Assembly (NCBI RefSeq): GCF_009914755.1 | Contig: NC_060947.1 | Reading direction: 5' to 3' (one strand) | Length of the DNA: 64,000 nucleotides | From: the human T2T-CHM13v2.0 reference genome, Homo sapiens | Part shown: positions 24,826 through 37,367 of the stretch, one piece after another | Layout: every line of letters begins with the position of its first letter | Numbering within the stretch: position 1 is the stretch's first letter | Made by a program: the position numbers and the translations under genes | Notes under the pieces: generated by a model | Told to the model about the DNA's origin: nothing | The model's input: the letters and a program-made list of their open reading frames with translations, nothing else | Databases searched by the model: none

Positions 24826-26659
24826 GTAAAAATACATGCAAATGATATACATAATACTATACCATTTGTGTAAAAAATGTAAACTGCAAAGTACTACTGT
24901 ATATCTTCAATAGCTATACATAGATTTTCAATGCATACAAAAGAGTCAATAAGTATATATATATATCTCACAAAATATAGTGATTACTTTGAGGGGATGA
25001 CTATTAGACAAGAGACAAGATTTGGGAATAATGTAAAATAGGATTTAGCCTAGTCTATTTTTTTTTACTTTTTAAAGAGAGAATATGTTAATTTTAAATA
25101 AAATTAATTTAAAATGGCAAAAGTATGTAAAGTAGGGAAGAAAGAACTCTTTGCTGTTAGAGTTTTAAAATATCAATGGAATATAAACTCAATGGAGGAT
25201 AAATTGGCCTTATACATCCATATAAAAATACACATACCCTGTGATTTAGTATTCTAGTGGCCCCTGCATAGATAATGTGTGTACTAGGATGTTTATTACA
25301 GCACTGTTTTAATAGAAAAAGATTGAAAGAAACTTATAACCTTCATTAGAAAATTCATTAAATTAGTTGTTGTACATTTATACAATGGGATATTTGGTAC
25401 CAGTTTTTTTAAAAAAGAGGCAGCTCTATATTACTGATATAGAAAGGTGTCCAAGACAAATTATTAAGTGAGATAAGCAATTTAGACAACATTGTATATA
25501 GTATGTTACTATTTATACAAAGGAAAGTTAAAAAAAGAATGCATCTGTAATTCTCTTCCTCAAACCAAGGAACACAAGAGCAGAACGGCAATCTCACTGG
25601 ACATATTGTTAATTTTGTACAAGATAAGGAGGTGACAAAGGGCCTCAGCATGCCTATGAATTGGGAAACATAGCCAATCCCAACCAAGAAAGTGCAATAT
25701 AATTTTTACTTCATCCTAGAACATTTGTAAGTACAATAATAGTAAAGGATTACTTTTGCAATTACATCTCTACAGGACTAAACAAACCTTGTCTGAGTAA
25801 GCAATGATTACAGGGGAATGAGGATGAAGTGTAAGCAATGGAGACAACTGGGCAGGGGTATGCAGGGAGATGAGGAGCCATCGAGGCTAGGGAGGAAAAG
25901 AATTTTAACAGCATGGGTCTTATGCTAGAGGAGACAATACAGGATAAGAATTTCTAAAAGCATGGTCTTGTGAATGTGTAATTGGTATGTGGGTAGTGTA
26001 TCCTCTTGAGGCCGAACATTAGACCACTTCATATTCCATTTAAAACTGATGCTCACAAGCATCCAGTCCTACTCTGTTATTAGATCCAATTCTCTTCTGG
26101 CCTGGGATGCTCCCATATCATAGATCAGAAAGTGAATATGAAGTTAAACTGGGTGCAATGTAAAGTGAAATTATAACCTCTCTGTCAGTTTACATGCTAA
26201 GATGGACATTCACAGGTATTCAAAGTTACTATTGGTTGAATATAAGCAGTTTATTAGTAATATAAAAAAGGTTTCAAATAAGAGTGAAATAAAAATGAAA
26301 AGAAGCTGCGATGAGCTTCCATCTGCTCACTTTGTAGGTTTTGTTTGTTTCATTACCATTATTATGCTATGAGTCTCAATATGCGGATTCAGCCCTCAAG
26401 CCACTATTTTATCCTCCTCAGGTACTTTGTCCCACAATAAGATTACAGTGCTATCAGAATGAGGCCAGTAGGTATTTTGATTCGTTCAGTATCATGATGA
26501 AATCTACAAGACACATATTTTATCTTCAAGTTGGATCACAGACATTAGTTTTTCCTCAATATCTTTTTATGGCCTCAAATAGAAGTCTTTGCTAAAATAA
26601 TTGAATTTAAACATTAAATACCAAAGTAGACAATTCACACAGAAAAGATTTACACAAAG

Positions 26660-26840
26660 TGTGATACTATACTTGGATCACCTGCATCAGGAACAACTGG
26701 AAGCTTGTTAAAACTGCAAATTTCTGGGCCCTAAACCAGCTCTATTAAATCAATCTCTGTGGAGGTGGGGCTCAGGAATCTGTATTTTAATAAGCTTCAT
26801 CAGTTGTTTCTGGCACACACGTAGATTGATGAATCATCAG
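26660..26840. mobile_element. MER5-type hAT MITE
   Basis: ATCACCTGCATCAG...GCTTGTTAAAACTGCAAATTTCTGGGCCC...GGTGGGGCTCAGGAATCTGTATTTTAATAAGC. Confidence 0.85.
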
Positions 26841-28014
26841 CCTTATATATGACAACTGTGGCAGCAGAGTTAGGCAGAATAAAGTAGCGAAAAAACATTT
26901 TTTTTTTCTAAAAGAAGTGGTAATTTAAAAACTGATTGATGTGTGGAGCAAGAGGTTAGATAAGTTGAACATTTCCCTAAGTTACCTCACCAAGGATGTA
27001 AAAAAAAGATCAAATTTCCTATTTATGCTAGGAAAATTTAGCCTGGAGGAAGCTGCAGAGGATAAATGTATGTTCATGCTGATGGTAACACCGATAGACA
27101 TCTGCTAGATATCTTTCAGTAAAGTAAATTCATTAAAAGTACAACTAAATGTGATTGAATTTTTCAATCTTTGCAAGTCTTCATATTAATAATTCACAGA
27201 TCAGAAAAAAAACAATCCTTTGTCAGGCCATGCATGTGTCTCCTGATTTTTGTTGCAGAAAATATGGTTGCCTTAGTTATACAGGACTGAACCCAGGGAT
27301 TAAGTGCAGCACAGACAAGGAGATTTGTGTGTCATCCACAGAAATGATAATTGAATCCAGGAGACAGATGGTATTGACCCTGGTACAGTAAACCTACCAT
27401 GTCCAGAATTGTGCAACTTGGTGGTTTTAGAATGTCAGTAGAAGCCAATGCTATGGGCAATCAGCATGTAGCTGCTAATCTCTCTTGATAGCACTTTTAG
27501 CTTGATTGATTTATTAATTCAGTCAAGGAAGAGGTACCTCCATATCTCTTGTTGACAGCTTTTAGAATAACTAACTTTTCTCTCTTTTTTTATAGTGAAA
27601 AGGTCTATAAGTCCCACTGATTTGGGGATCCCTAACCGTTCCTCCAAGAACAGACAGGGCTTCATTTGAGTAATAATAAAAAAATCCCAAATGGGAGTCA
27701 TAAGGCCAGTGGAAAATGCTTTGATTCAGAAGTATGGGAACAGATAATACAGAAGAAGCCAAAGATATGAGATGCAAACCCAATGAAGACTGATATCCCT
27801 GAGGCCTAAACTGGGGAGTATGTTTAAGATTGTGTAATGACTCATGCTATCAACAGCAGCAGAGAAGTATATGTAATAAAGAAAAATTGTCCTTGATGTG
27901 GCACTGAGTTTTTCAGTGACCTTAACTAGCCAAGTTGAGGGTGGAACAATCCAAAGACTTTTAATAGTACCGTATTAACAACATACTCCAGAAATTTGGT
28001 GATGAAAAATAGAG

Positions 28015-28540
<526 letters not shown>

Positions 28541-28699
28541 AGAGTCTGGCCACATAACATTTAACAGGATTTTATGACCCACTAGCCTTTTACCCTTTAG
28601 GTTCCTACTTTGGGCACAGGAGTAACATCAAGGTTGAGGTAGTAATTGTTGGGATTGGTTGGCCATAAGTTGGAGGAGAGGACAGAAGGCCTTTATTTG

Positions 28700-28890
28700 A
28701 ATTAATTCATTTAAGCCTCACAGTAATCGTATGACGTAGGTACTGTTATCCATTTGGTAGCTGAGGAAAAACGAGGTACAGAACATTAAAGTAACTTATT
28801 CAAGGTCATCCAGCTAGTACATAGCTGGATTCAAACCACATTTGTTTGACTCTAAAGCGCCTATGTTTGCATTGTGTCATATTGCCTCAG
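28700..28890 (-). mobile_element. MIR SINE
   Basis: TCATTTAAGCCTCACAG...CTGAGGAAAA...CAAGGTCATCCAGCTAGTA...GGATTCAAACC. Confidence 0.85.
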
Positions 28891-29149
28891 AGAAATGAAA
28901 AATAGAAATTAGGTGTTTATCTGTCCATACTTACAGGTTGAAGAACCAGAAGAGAAGATAAGAATGAAAGGCAAGTTGTTTAATTTCAAATTAACATATC
29001 CCTCTTGTGGCCCTGAATTCACTCTTTCTCTCTGCCTGCCTAACTCTGGAGCTTTACTGTATTATTCAATAAAATGTCTCCCTCATCCCTCTTCTCCACG
29101 TTATTGGTCCTATTTCAAACCTCTTATTACTGTGGTCCTGTCTTTAAAC

Positions 29150-30420
29150 ATAACAATCCCATAGCATATTCTTACTACATCCCTAAAAACATCTCTGGTT
29201 CTTTATCATCTCTCTCTTTATTCCAGTTCATTATGTAGAACAACCTCAACTCCCTACCAAATCTTGGAACACAGTTCATCTTACCTCTCCATTTTATCTT
29301 ACCAGGGTGGAATTCTGGCTCTTTCCTGAAAACACAGACTTCTCTACTGCTTCAACAAGGAGGCCTTTTCAAATATTTGGAGGTCCTTTCAAGTCAGTGG
29401 AAGTGAAGAGGAGGTGTGTCTGTGGCACACTCAGAACTTCACCACATAATGTAAACCATGAAGTATCAGAGCTAAATGGGAACCTTACTGATCACTAGTA
29501 CAAAACCTTCCCCACCATGTTCTACAGACAACAAATGTGAGGCTCAGAGGGTTTTCCTTAAACTTCATATATCTCAAGATTTATTCATATGCTAATTATA
29601 ACTATGATAGCTCAGACCCACTTCTCTCCTTTTATCACCTTCTTTGTGGATAACTAGCATATAGACGACTTTTTCCTCTTCACTTCTTCCCCAGCCATTT
29701 TCTCAGCAACATCTTTGTTGAGCCATGTATTAGTAAATATTTATTGTTGGTGACCTGTCAGATGCCAGAGACAGAGAAGTCATTGTTCCTCTAAATATTT
29801 GCCTTTGTGTTACATTTGCTACTCACCAACAATGATAGACCTTCATTCTATCCAGCTCTCTTTTAAACCACAATCTTCTTACAAGCTCTCTGATCTCACT
29901 GTGGCACTCAATTATCTGCTGTTATTCACTTCATTCAGATAACTGATGAACTTCATACTTTACTGGACTCCATCCCCAGCCTGACCATCATTACTCACTC
30001 CTATACCCATTATATTCTTGAGTTCTTGTAACTTTTACTTCTTGTCTAACTCACTAACTCCTGTCTCAAGGATCTTCTATAATTATCTCTACCTAATCCT
30101 TATCTCTACCAATCCCTTACCTGTTCAATTCTCCTTCTTATCCATGACCTCTCTCCACCTCACCTTCCATAGTAATATGTCTCTGCTTATGTGTCTGCTT
30201 TTGCCTGCTGACCACACCTTGACTTAGTCCTTCATCCTTGTATCGTCTGTTTGGTACTTGCCTGCTCACCATTAGACCATTGCTCCCAATTGGGAAGGTA
30301 TGCCAACTATCATCCCAGAATCTCCCTCATAGTGAGTCTTGATAACCATCTAGATTACACTCTATGCCAGTTCAGCTACTTCTCAAGTCTTTTTTGATAT
30401 TCTCTCCCACTACATGTCTG
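29150..30420 (+). mobile_element. L2 ORF2 (endonuclease-side) remnant with a MIR piece at ~29455-29560
   Basis: Pyrimidine-rich; EFWLFPENTDFSTA resembles the L2 endonuclease motif ETWLSPEDTASPAA. Confidence 0.6.
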
Positions 30421-31339
30421 CTCCTTTCATGAGAAGAAAAAAAATGAAGTGAATAACATAGTTTGTTATAATATTGGCAGTTTAATGAAAGAAACTGATA
30501 TTTGATAACAAAGATCCTAATTGCCATTCTTACTATTATTGCTTATGCTTATCATTTGGTTTATGTTCTGTGTAGTGTATAGAGAAGTGAGGAAAATGCT
30601 GCTAGTTATAAAATTTGTACTTATTTTGAGTTTGGTAGATCAACCCAGACTAAGGTGTATTTCGTTTGGAGACAGCGAGGTGATAGGCATGAACAGCAGT
30701 TAGTACAATCTGTAGGGAGGAACAACTAGTAAATTTATGATTTGAGGTCGAGGTTATACCTGTAGTGTGAAAAATAAACATTTGTTAACTAAAATTGTTA
30801 TGCCTGGTTAGCAGTGACCAATATATAAAATTATTTGTGGAACTTCTTACCCATACCATGAAATACAAGACACATGGACTTCAAACATTGAAGTAAATTT
30901 GAAAAATGCTAGTGCTTAATCATAGGAACAAATGACTTTAATGAAGGCACATTCTCTTGCTAAAACCAGTCAAATGAATAGCCTTGGTTGTAAAAATTGA
31001 AGTGGGTTCTTATTTTTTAATTATGAATTGTCCTTCAGTAAAAGGTGGGATTATGATTTGCTATGGTGAAAGCTTCATTTCTTGTCATTTCTACTAGAGA
31101 AGGGAGGGCTATCTTCACTACCTCACCTCCACCTGAATGCTTCTGCCAAACAGAGCCAATTCTTTGTCATTTCCTGAATATACTCATTCATGTAGTTAGA
31201 GCTTGGGAGGGCTTCAGAACTCCCATAACCTCCATCAGCCCTCCAAAGCTATCACAAATAACTACCCAAGCTATGGAGTAGTGACATGTCTTCCATGAAA
31301 ATGTGTTTTGTTTTTAGTTTTTTTGTTTTCTTTTTTACT

Positions 31340-31755
31340 TTACGAGAAGTCTCCTAAACATTGCTGCCATCCAGATTACCAACCTGAGTGACTCCTATAT
31401 AAACTATCTGGACCTGCCATTGCTTTTAATAATGCTGGCCTCCATACTTGCAATGAATCCCTGATCCCAGTACTGACTGAGCAAATTCTGCTCTTCCTTC
31501 AATAACCACCGCAAATGTTGCTTTCTCTGAAAAGTCCTCTCTCATGCTGTACCCCAAATAGTGAATTTTTATTTTGTGATGTTATAATATTTTGCTAAAA
31601 CAATGACATTTCTCGATTTACATTTTAACAATATTTTATATGAGTGTTCCCCATGTTAGACACTCAGCTTCCATATTCAAGATGATGTATTTGATATCCT
31701 AAGCTCCCAGTACAGTGACCTGACACAGGTAATTAATTAGCTAATACATGAATAC
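31340..31755 (+). mobile_element. L2 3' region
   Basis: TTCCCCATGTTAGACACTCAGCTTCC...CCCAGTACAGTGACCTGACACAG. Confidence 0.65.
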
Positions 31756-31977
31756 ATTATATTGTAAATTTTAAAATCAATAAGTGCAAAATTCTGATTA
31801 TACCAGTTCAAAAATTGGGACAACCTAGATTGACCAGACTCAAGATTACCTTAGAAATTTATTTCTTCATATTTGCAAAATAATAGTAACTTTAATCAAG
31901 GACCCTAGGAAAATTTTAAGTTATTTTATATAAGAGAATTGATATACAGGAGGGAGGCAAAGCAAGATGGCTGAGTG

Positions 31978-33033
31978 TGTTGCGGGAAGTCACGGACCCC
32001 AAACAGAGAGACCGGCTGAAACCATGGCAGAAGAACGTGGATCGTGAAGATTTTATGGACATTTATTAGTTCCCCAAATTAATACTTTTGTAATTTCTTA
32101 TGCCTGTCTTTACTGCAATCTCTAAACATAAATTGTAAAGATTTCATGGACACTTATCACTTCCCCAGTCAATATCCTTGTGATTTCCTATGCCTGTCTT
32201 TGCTTTAATCTCTTAATCCTGTCAGCTGAGAAGGATGTACATCGTCTCAGGACCCTGTAATAATTGTGTTAACTACACAAATTGTATAGCATGTGTGTTT
32301 GAGCAATATGAAATGTGGGCACCCTGAAAAAAGAACAAGATAACAGCAATTGTTCACAGAATACGAGAGATAACCTTAAGCTCTGACCGCAGGTGAGCCG
32401 GGCAGAACAGAGCCATATTTCTCTTCTTTCAAAAGCAAATGGGAGAAATATCGCTGAATTCTTTTTCTCAGTATGGAACATCCCTGAGAAAGAGAATGTG
32501 CACCTAGGGGTAGGTCTCTGAACTGGCCCCCCCAGGGCGTACCTGTCTCTTATGGTTGAGATTGCAGAGGTGAAATAAACTCCAGTCTCCCATAGCGCTC
32601 CCAGGCTTATTAGGAAGAGGAAATTCCCACCTAATAAACTTTGGTCAGACCGGTTGATCTCAAAACCCTGTCTCCTGATAAGATGTTATCAATGACAGTG
32701 GTGCCCGAAACTTCATTAGCAATTTTAATTTCGCTTAGGTCCTGTGGTCCTGCGATCTCGCTCTGCCTCCACTTGCCTTGTGATATTCTATTACCCTGTT
32801 AAGTACTTGATGTCTGTCACCCACACCTATTCGTATACTCCCTTCCCTTTTGAAACTCCCTAATAAAAACTTGCTGGTTTTTGTGGCTTGTGGGGCATCA
32901 CGGATCCTACCAATGTGTGATGTCTCCCCCGGACGCCCAGCTTTAAAATTTCTCTCTTTTGTACTCTGTCCCTTTATTTCTCAAGCCAGCCGACGCTTAG
33001 GAAAATAGAAAAGAACCTACGTGATTATTGGGG
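31978..33033 (+). mobile_element. MER11 (HERV-K11/HML-8) solo LTR
   Basis: Start TGTTGCGGGAAGTCACGGACCCC...CCATGGCAGAAGAACGTGG; polyA signal at ~32862; end GAAAATAGAAAAGAACCTACGTGA; relatively CpG-retaining. Confidence 0.93.
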
Positions 33034-34768
33034 AATTCTCCACCAATCATCCTCCTCACAGGAACACCAAATTTAACAACTATCTATGCAAAAAAAAAAA
33101 AAAAAAGAAACCACCTTCCTAAGAACTAAAAATCAGGTGTGTGATCACAGTTCTTGGTTTTAACTTCATATCACTGAAAGGGGCATGGAAGAGGGTAGGA
33201 AAGACAGTCTTGAATGGCTGACACCACTCCTCCCTCATCTCCTGGCAATGGCTGCATAACAGAGAGAGAATCTGTGCACTTGAAGGAGAGAAAGTGCAGC
33301 AATTGTGGGGCTTTGGATTGGAACTCAGTTCTGCCAACACTGGGGAGAACTCAGCCAATGCCCATGGAGGGAGCATTTAGACCAGACCTAGCCAGAGAGG
33401 AATCATACCTCCCAGCAATGGGAACTTGAGTTTGGGCAAGCCCTGCCACACTGGGCTAAAGTGTTCTAGGGTGCTAAATGAACCTGAAAGGCAATCTAGG
33501 TCACAAGGACTGCAACTCCTAAGCAAGTCCTAGTTCTGTACTGGACTTGGAGCTAGTGGACTTGGGGGGGCACATGACCTAGTGAACACCAGCAGGGGTG
33601 GCTAAAGGAGTGTTTGCCTCACCCCTTCCCCAAACCCAAGCAGCACAGCTCACGGCTCCAAAAGAGACCCCTACCTTCTGCTTGAGGAGAGGAGAGGGAG
33701 GACTAAAGAGGATTCGTCTTGCAACTTGGATATCAGTTCAGCCACAGCAGAATAGGGCACTGGGCAGACTTGTGAGGCCCCTATTCCAGGCCATAGCTCC
33801 CAGATGACATTTCAAATTCTGGGCCAGAAGAGAACCCACTGCCTTGAAGGAAAAGACCCAGTCCTGGCAGGATTCATCACCTGCTGAGTAAAGAGCCCTT
33901 GGGCCCTGAATAGTCAGCAGTGGTAACTAGGTAGTACACACTGTGGGCCTTGGGTAAAACTCTAAGACATGCTGGCTTTAGGTGTGACCCAACATATTCA
34001 CAGCTGTTGTGGCTACAAGGAGAGCCTGCTTCTGCTTGAGAAAATGAGAGGGAAAAGTAAAAGGGATTTTGTCTTGAAGTTTAAGTTCTGGCTCAACCAC
34101 AGTGAGGTAAAGCATCAAGTGGGCTCTGGGGGTCCCCAATTCCAGGCCTTGGCTCTTGGACAGCATTTATGGACCTACCCTGAGCCAGAGGGAGCCAACT
34201 GCCCTGAAGGGTAAATAAAAAGCCTGATAGCATTCACCACAATCTGACTGAAGAGCCCTTGGGCCTTAAGTGAACATCAGTGTTACCCTGGCAGTATTCC
34301 CCATAAACCTGTAGTGGTCGTGGACATAGGGAGAGACTCCTCTGCATGAGGAAAGGGGAGGGAAGGGTGGGAAAAATTTTGTCTTGTATTTCTGGTTCCA
34401 GCTTAGCTGCAGTAGAATAGGGTACCAGGTAGATTTCTGACTCCAGGCCCCGACTCTGAGACAGCATCTCTGGATGTGCCCAGGGTCCAGGGGGCCTCAC
34501 CACCATGAAGGGAAGTTCACAAGACTGACTGGCTTCACCACCTCCTGATTTTAGATTACTAGAGCCTTGAGCAAACATAGATGGTAGCCAGGTAGTGGTT
34601 ACAGAGGGCCATGGGTAAGACTCAGTGTGTGCCAGCTTCAGGAATGACCTAGCACAGTTCCAGTGGTGAGGGCTAATCACCAGAAAGAATCAGTGAGTTT
34701 TAAGATAGAATATTTGAAAATATATAGTCAAGAGAGACAAAAGAAAAAAAGAATAAGAAAGAATGAAG

Positions 34769-35180
34769 ATCAATCAATGAATGGATAAAGAAATTGTGAT
34801 ATACATATATGATGGAACACTACTCAGTCATAAAAGGAATGAATTAACAGCATTTGCAGCAACCTGGATGAGACTGGAGACTATTATTCTAAGTGAAGTA
34901 ACCCAGGAATGGAAAACCAAACATCATATGTCCTCACTGATATGTGGGAGCTAAGCTATGAGGACACAAAGGCATAAGAATGATAGAATAGACTTTGGGG
35001 ACTTGGGGGAAAGAGCATGAGCGGGGTGAGGGATAAAAGACTACACATATGGTGCAGTGTATACTGCTCAGGTGATGGATGCACCAAAATCTTATAAATC
35101 ACCACTAAAGAACTTATGTAACCAAATACTACCTGTACCCCAATAACTTATGGAAACATTAAAAAACAAATAAAATGAAG
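34769..35180 (+). mobile_element. L1PB1-like 3' end
   Basis: GGGAGCTAAGCTATGAGGACACAAAGGCATAAGAATG; TSD GAAAGAA(T/A)GAAG. Confidence 0.9.
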
Positions 35181-35773
35181 AGGAAAGAAAGAAGCTTGCT
35201 ACAAGATCTAGAAAACAGCCTCCAAAGGACAAATTTAAGTGTTATTGGCCTAAAAGAGGAGGTGGAAAGAGAGATAGGAGTAGAGAGTTTACCAGAGGGT
35301 TGATATCAGAGAACTCTCCAAACCTAGAGTAAGACATCAACATTCAAATACAAGAAAGTTATAGATCATAAAGCAGATTTAACCCAAAGAAAACTACCTC
35401 AATACATTGAATAATCATACTCTCAAAGTCCAAGGATGAATAAAATATCCTAAAATGGGTAAGAGAAAAAAACAAACAAATAACATACAATGGAGCTCCA
35501 ATATGGCTGGCAGCAAACTTCTCAGTGGAAGGCTTACAGGCCAGGAGAGAGTGGTATGACATATTTAAAGTGCTGAAGGCAAAAAAAAACCATTGTATCC
35601 CAGACTAGTATATTTGGCAAAAATGTCCTTCAAACATGAATGAGAAACAGATTTTTCCAGTCAAACAAAAGCTGAGGAATTTCTTCAACACCAGATCTGT
35701 CCTACAAGAAATGCTGAAGGGAGTTCCTCAGTCTGAAAGAAAATAATGTTAATAAGCAATAAGAAATCATCTG

Positions 35774-36039
35774 CAGAAAACCAAACACCACATGTTCTCA
35801 CTCATAAGTGGGAGCTGAACAATAAGAACACAAGGACACTGGGTGGGGAACAACACAAACCGGGCCCTGTTGTCAGGGTGGGAAGAGGAAGAGAATTAGG
35901 ACAAATAGCTAATGCTTAATACCTAGGTGATGGGTTGATAGGTGCAGCAAACCACCATGGCACACGTTTACCTATGTAACAAACCTTCATGTTCTGCACA
36001 TGAATCCTGGAACCTAAAATAAAATAAATTTTTTAAAAA
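35774..36039 (+). mobile_element. L1PA8-10-like 3' end
   Basis: 3'UTR plus tail; TSD AAGAAAT(C/T)ATCTG. Confidence 0.9.
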
Positions 36040-36404
36040 AAGAAATTATCTGAAGGTACAAAATTCACTGGTAATAGTAAGTACACAGAATCACACAGAA
36101 CGGTACAACACTAATTGTGGTGTGTAAACAACTCATATCTTAGGTAGAAACATGAAAAGATGATATCAAACAAATATGATAACTACAACAACTTTTTAAG
36201 ACAGAGATAGTCTTTATACCATATTGTATGGTATAAATACATACAATATGGTATAAATAGAAACAACAAAACGTTTAAAAGTGGGGCAATGAAGTCAAAG
36301 TACAGAGGTTTTTAGTTTTCTTTTTGCTTGTTTGTTTATGTAATTAATGATACATTGTCACAGTTTAAAATAATGTCTTATAATACATAATTTGCAAGCC
36401 TCAT

Positions 36405-37367
36405 GGAAATGTGGGGTTCATGTCCCCACACAGAGTCCCTACTGGGGCATTGCCTAGTGGAGCTGTGAGAAAAGGGCCACTTTCCCCCAGACCCCAGAAT
36501 GGTAGATCCACTGACAGCTTGCACCATGCACCTGGAAAATCCACAGACACTCAATGTCAGCCCATGAAAGCAACCAGGAGGGAGGCTGTACCCTGCAAAG
36601 CCACAGGGGCGGCGCTGCCCAAGACCATGGGAACCCACCTCTTGCATTAGCGTGACCTGTATGTGAGACCTGGAGTCAAAGGAGATCATTTTGCAACTTT
36701 AAAATTTTACTGCCCTTCTGGATTTTGGACTTGCATGGGCCCTGTAGCCCCTTTGTTTTGGCCAATGTCTCCCATTTGGAACAGCTGTATTTACCCAATA
36801 CCTGTACCCCCATTGTATCTAGGAAGTAACTAGCTTTCTTTTGATTTTACAGGCTCATAGGCAGAAGGGACTTGCCTTGTCTCAGATGAGACTTTGGACT
36901 GTGGACTTCTGGGTTAATACTGAAATGAGTTAAGACTTTGGGGGACTGTTAGGAAGGCATGATTGTTTTAAAATGTGAGGACATGAAATTTGGAGGGGCC
37001 AGGGATGGAATGATATGGTTTGTCTCTCTGTCCCCACCCAAATATCATCTTGAATTTTACCTCCCAGAATTCCCACATGTTGTGGGAGGGACCCAGGGGG
37101 AGATAATTGAATCGTGGGGTCCAGTCTTTCCCATGATATTCTCATGATAGTGAATAAGTCTCACAAGATCTGATGGGTTTATCAGGGGTTTCCACTTTTG
37201 TTTCTTCCTCATTTTTCTCTTGCCACCACCATGTAAGAAGTTCCTTTTGCCTCCTGCCATGATTCTGAGGCCTCCCCAGCCATGTGAAACTGTAAATCCA
37301 ATTTAACCTCTTTTTGTTCCTACTTTCTGGTATGTGTTTATCAGTCGCATGAAAATGAACTAATACA
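36405..37367 (+). mobile_element. THE1A-like element, 3' half only (internal 36405-37010, LTR 37011-37367)
   Basis: Internal region homologous to 20225-20825; LTR with GGGTTTATCAGGGGTTTCC. Confidence 0.92.

Larger units (their letters stand above)
23030..25185 (+). mobile_element. L3/CR1 LINE fossil in three pieces (~23030-23370, ~23735-23945, ~25120-25185)
   Basis: Translates to KFADDAEL (23057), QKDLDQL, MKLKREKYKLLLL (23167) and YEDKVKELRLFSPKKKELGDDL (23780), colinear with CR1 RT motifs KFADDTKL, QRDLDRL, MKFNKAKCKVLHL and [22 protein letters not shown]. Confidence 0.85.
23960..25500 (+). mobile_element. L1ME-type fragments (ORF2 end and 3'UTR)
   Basis: TATATCCAGAATATTTAAAGAACTTCTACAAAT; AAAAGATGCTCAACTC; ACATACCCTGTGA. 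Confidence 0.75.

Noticed and set aside
30623-30635. ATTTTGAGTTTGG as a third copy of the 60-bp paralogous motif
   Set aside because: Only 13 bp match and the similarity does not extend; compatible with chance.
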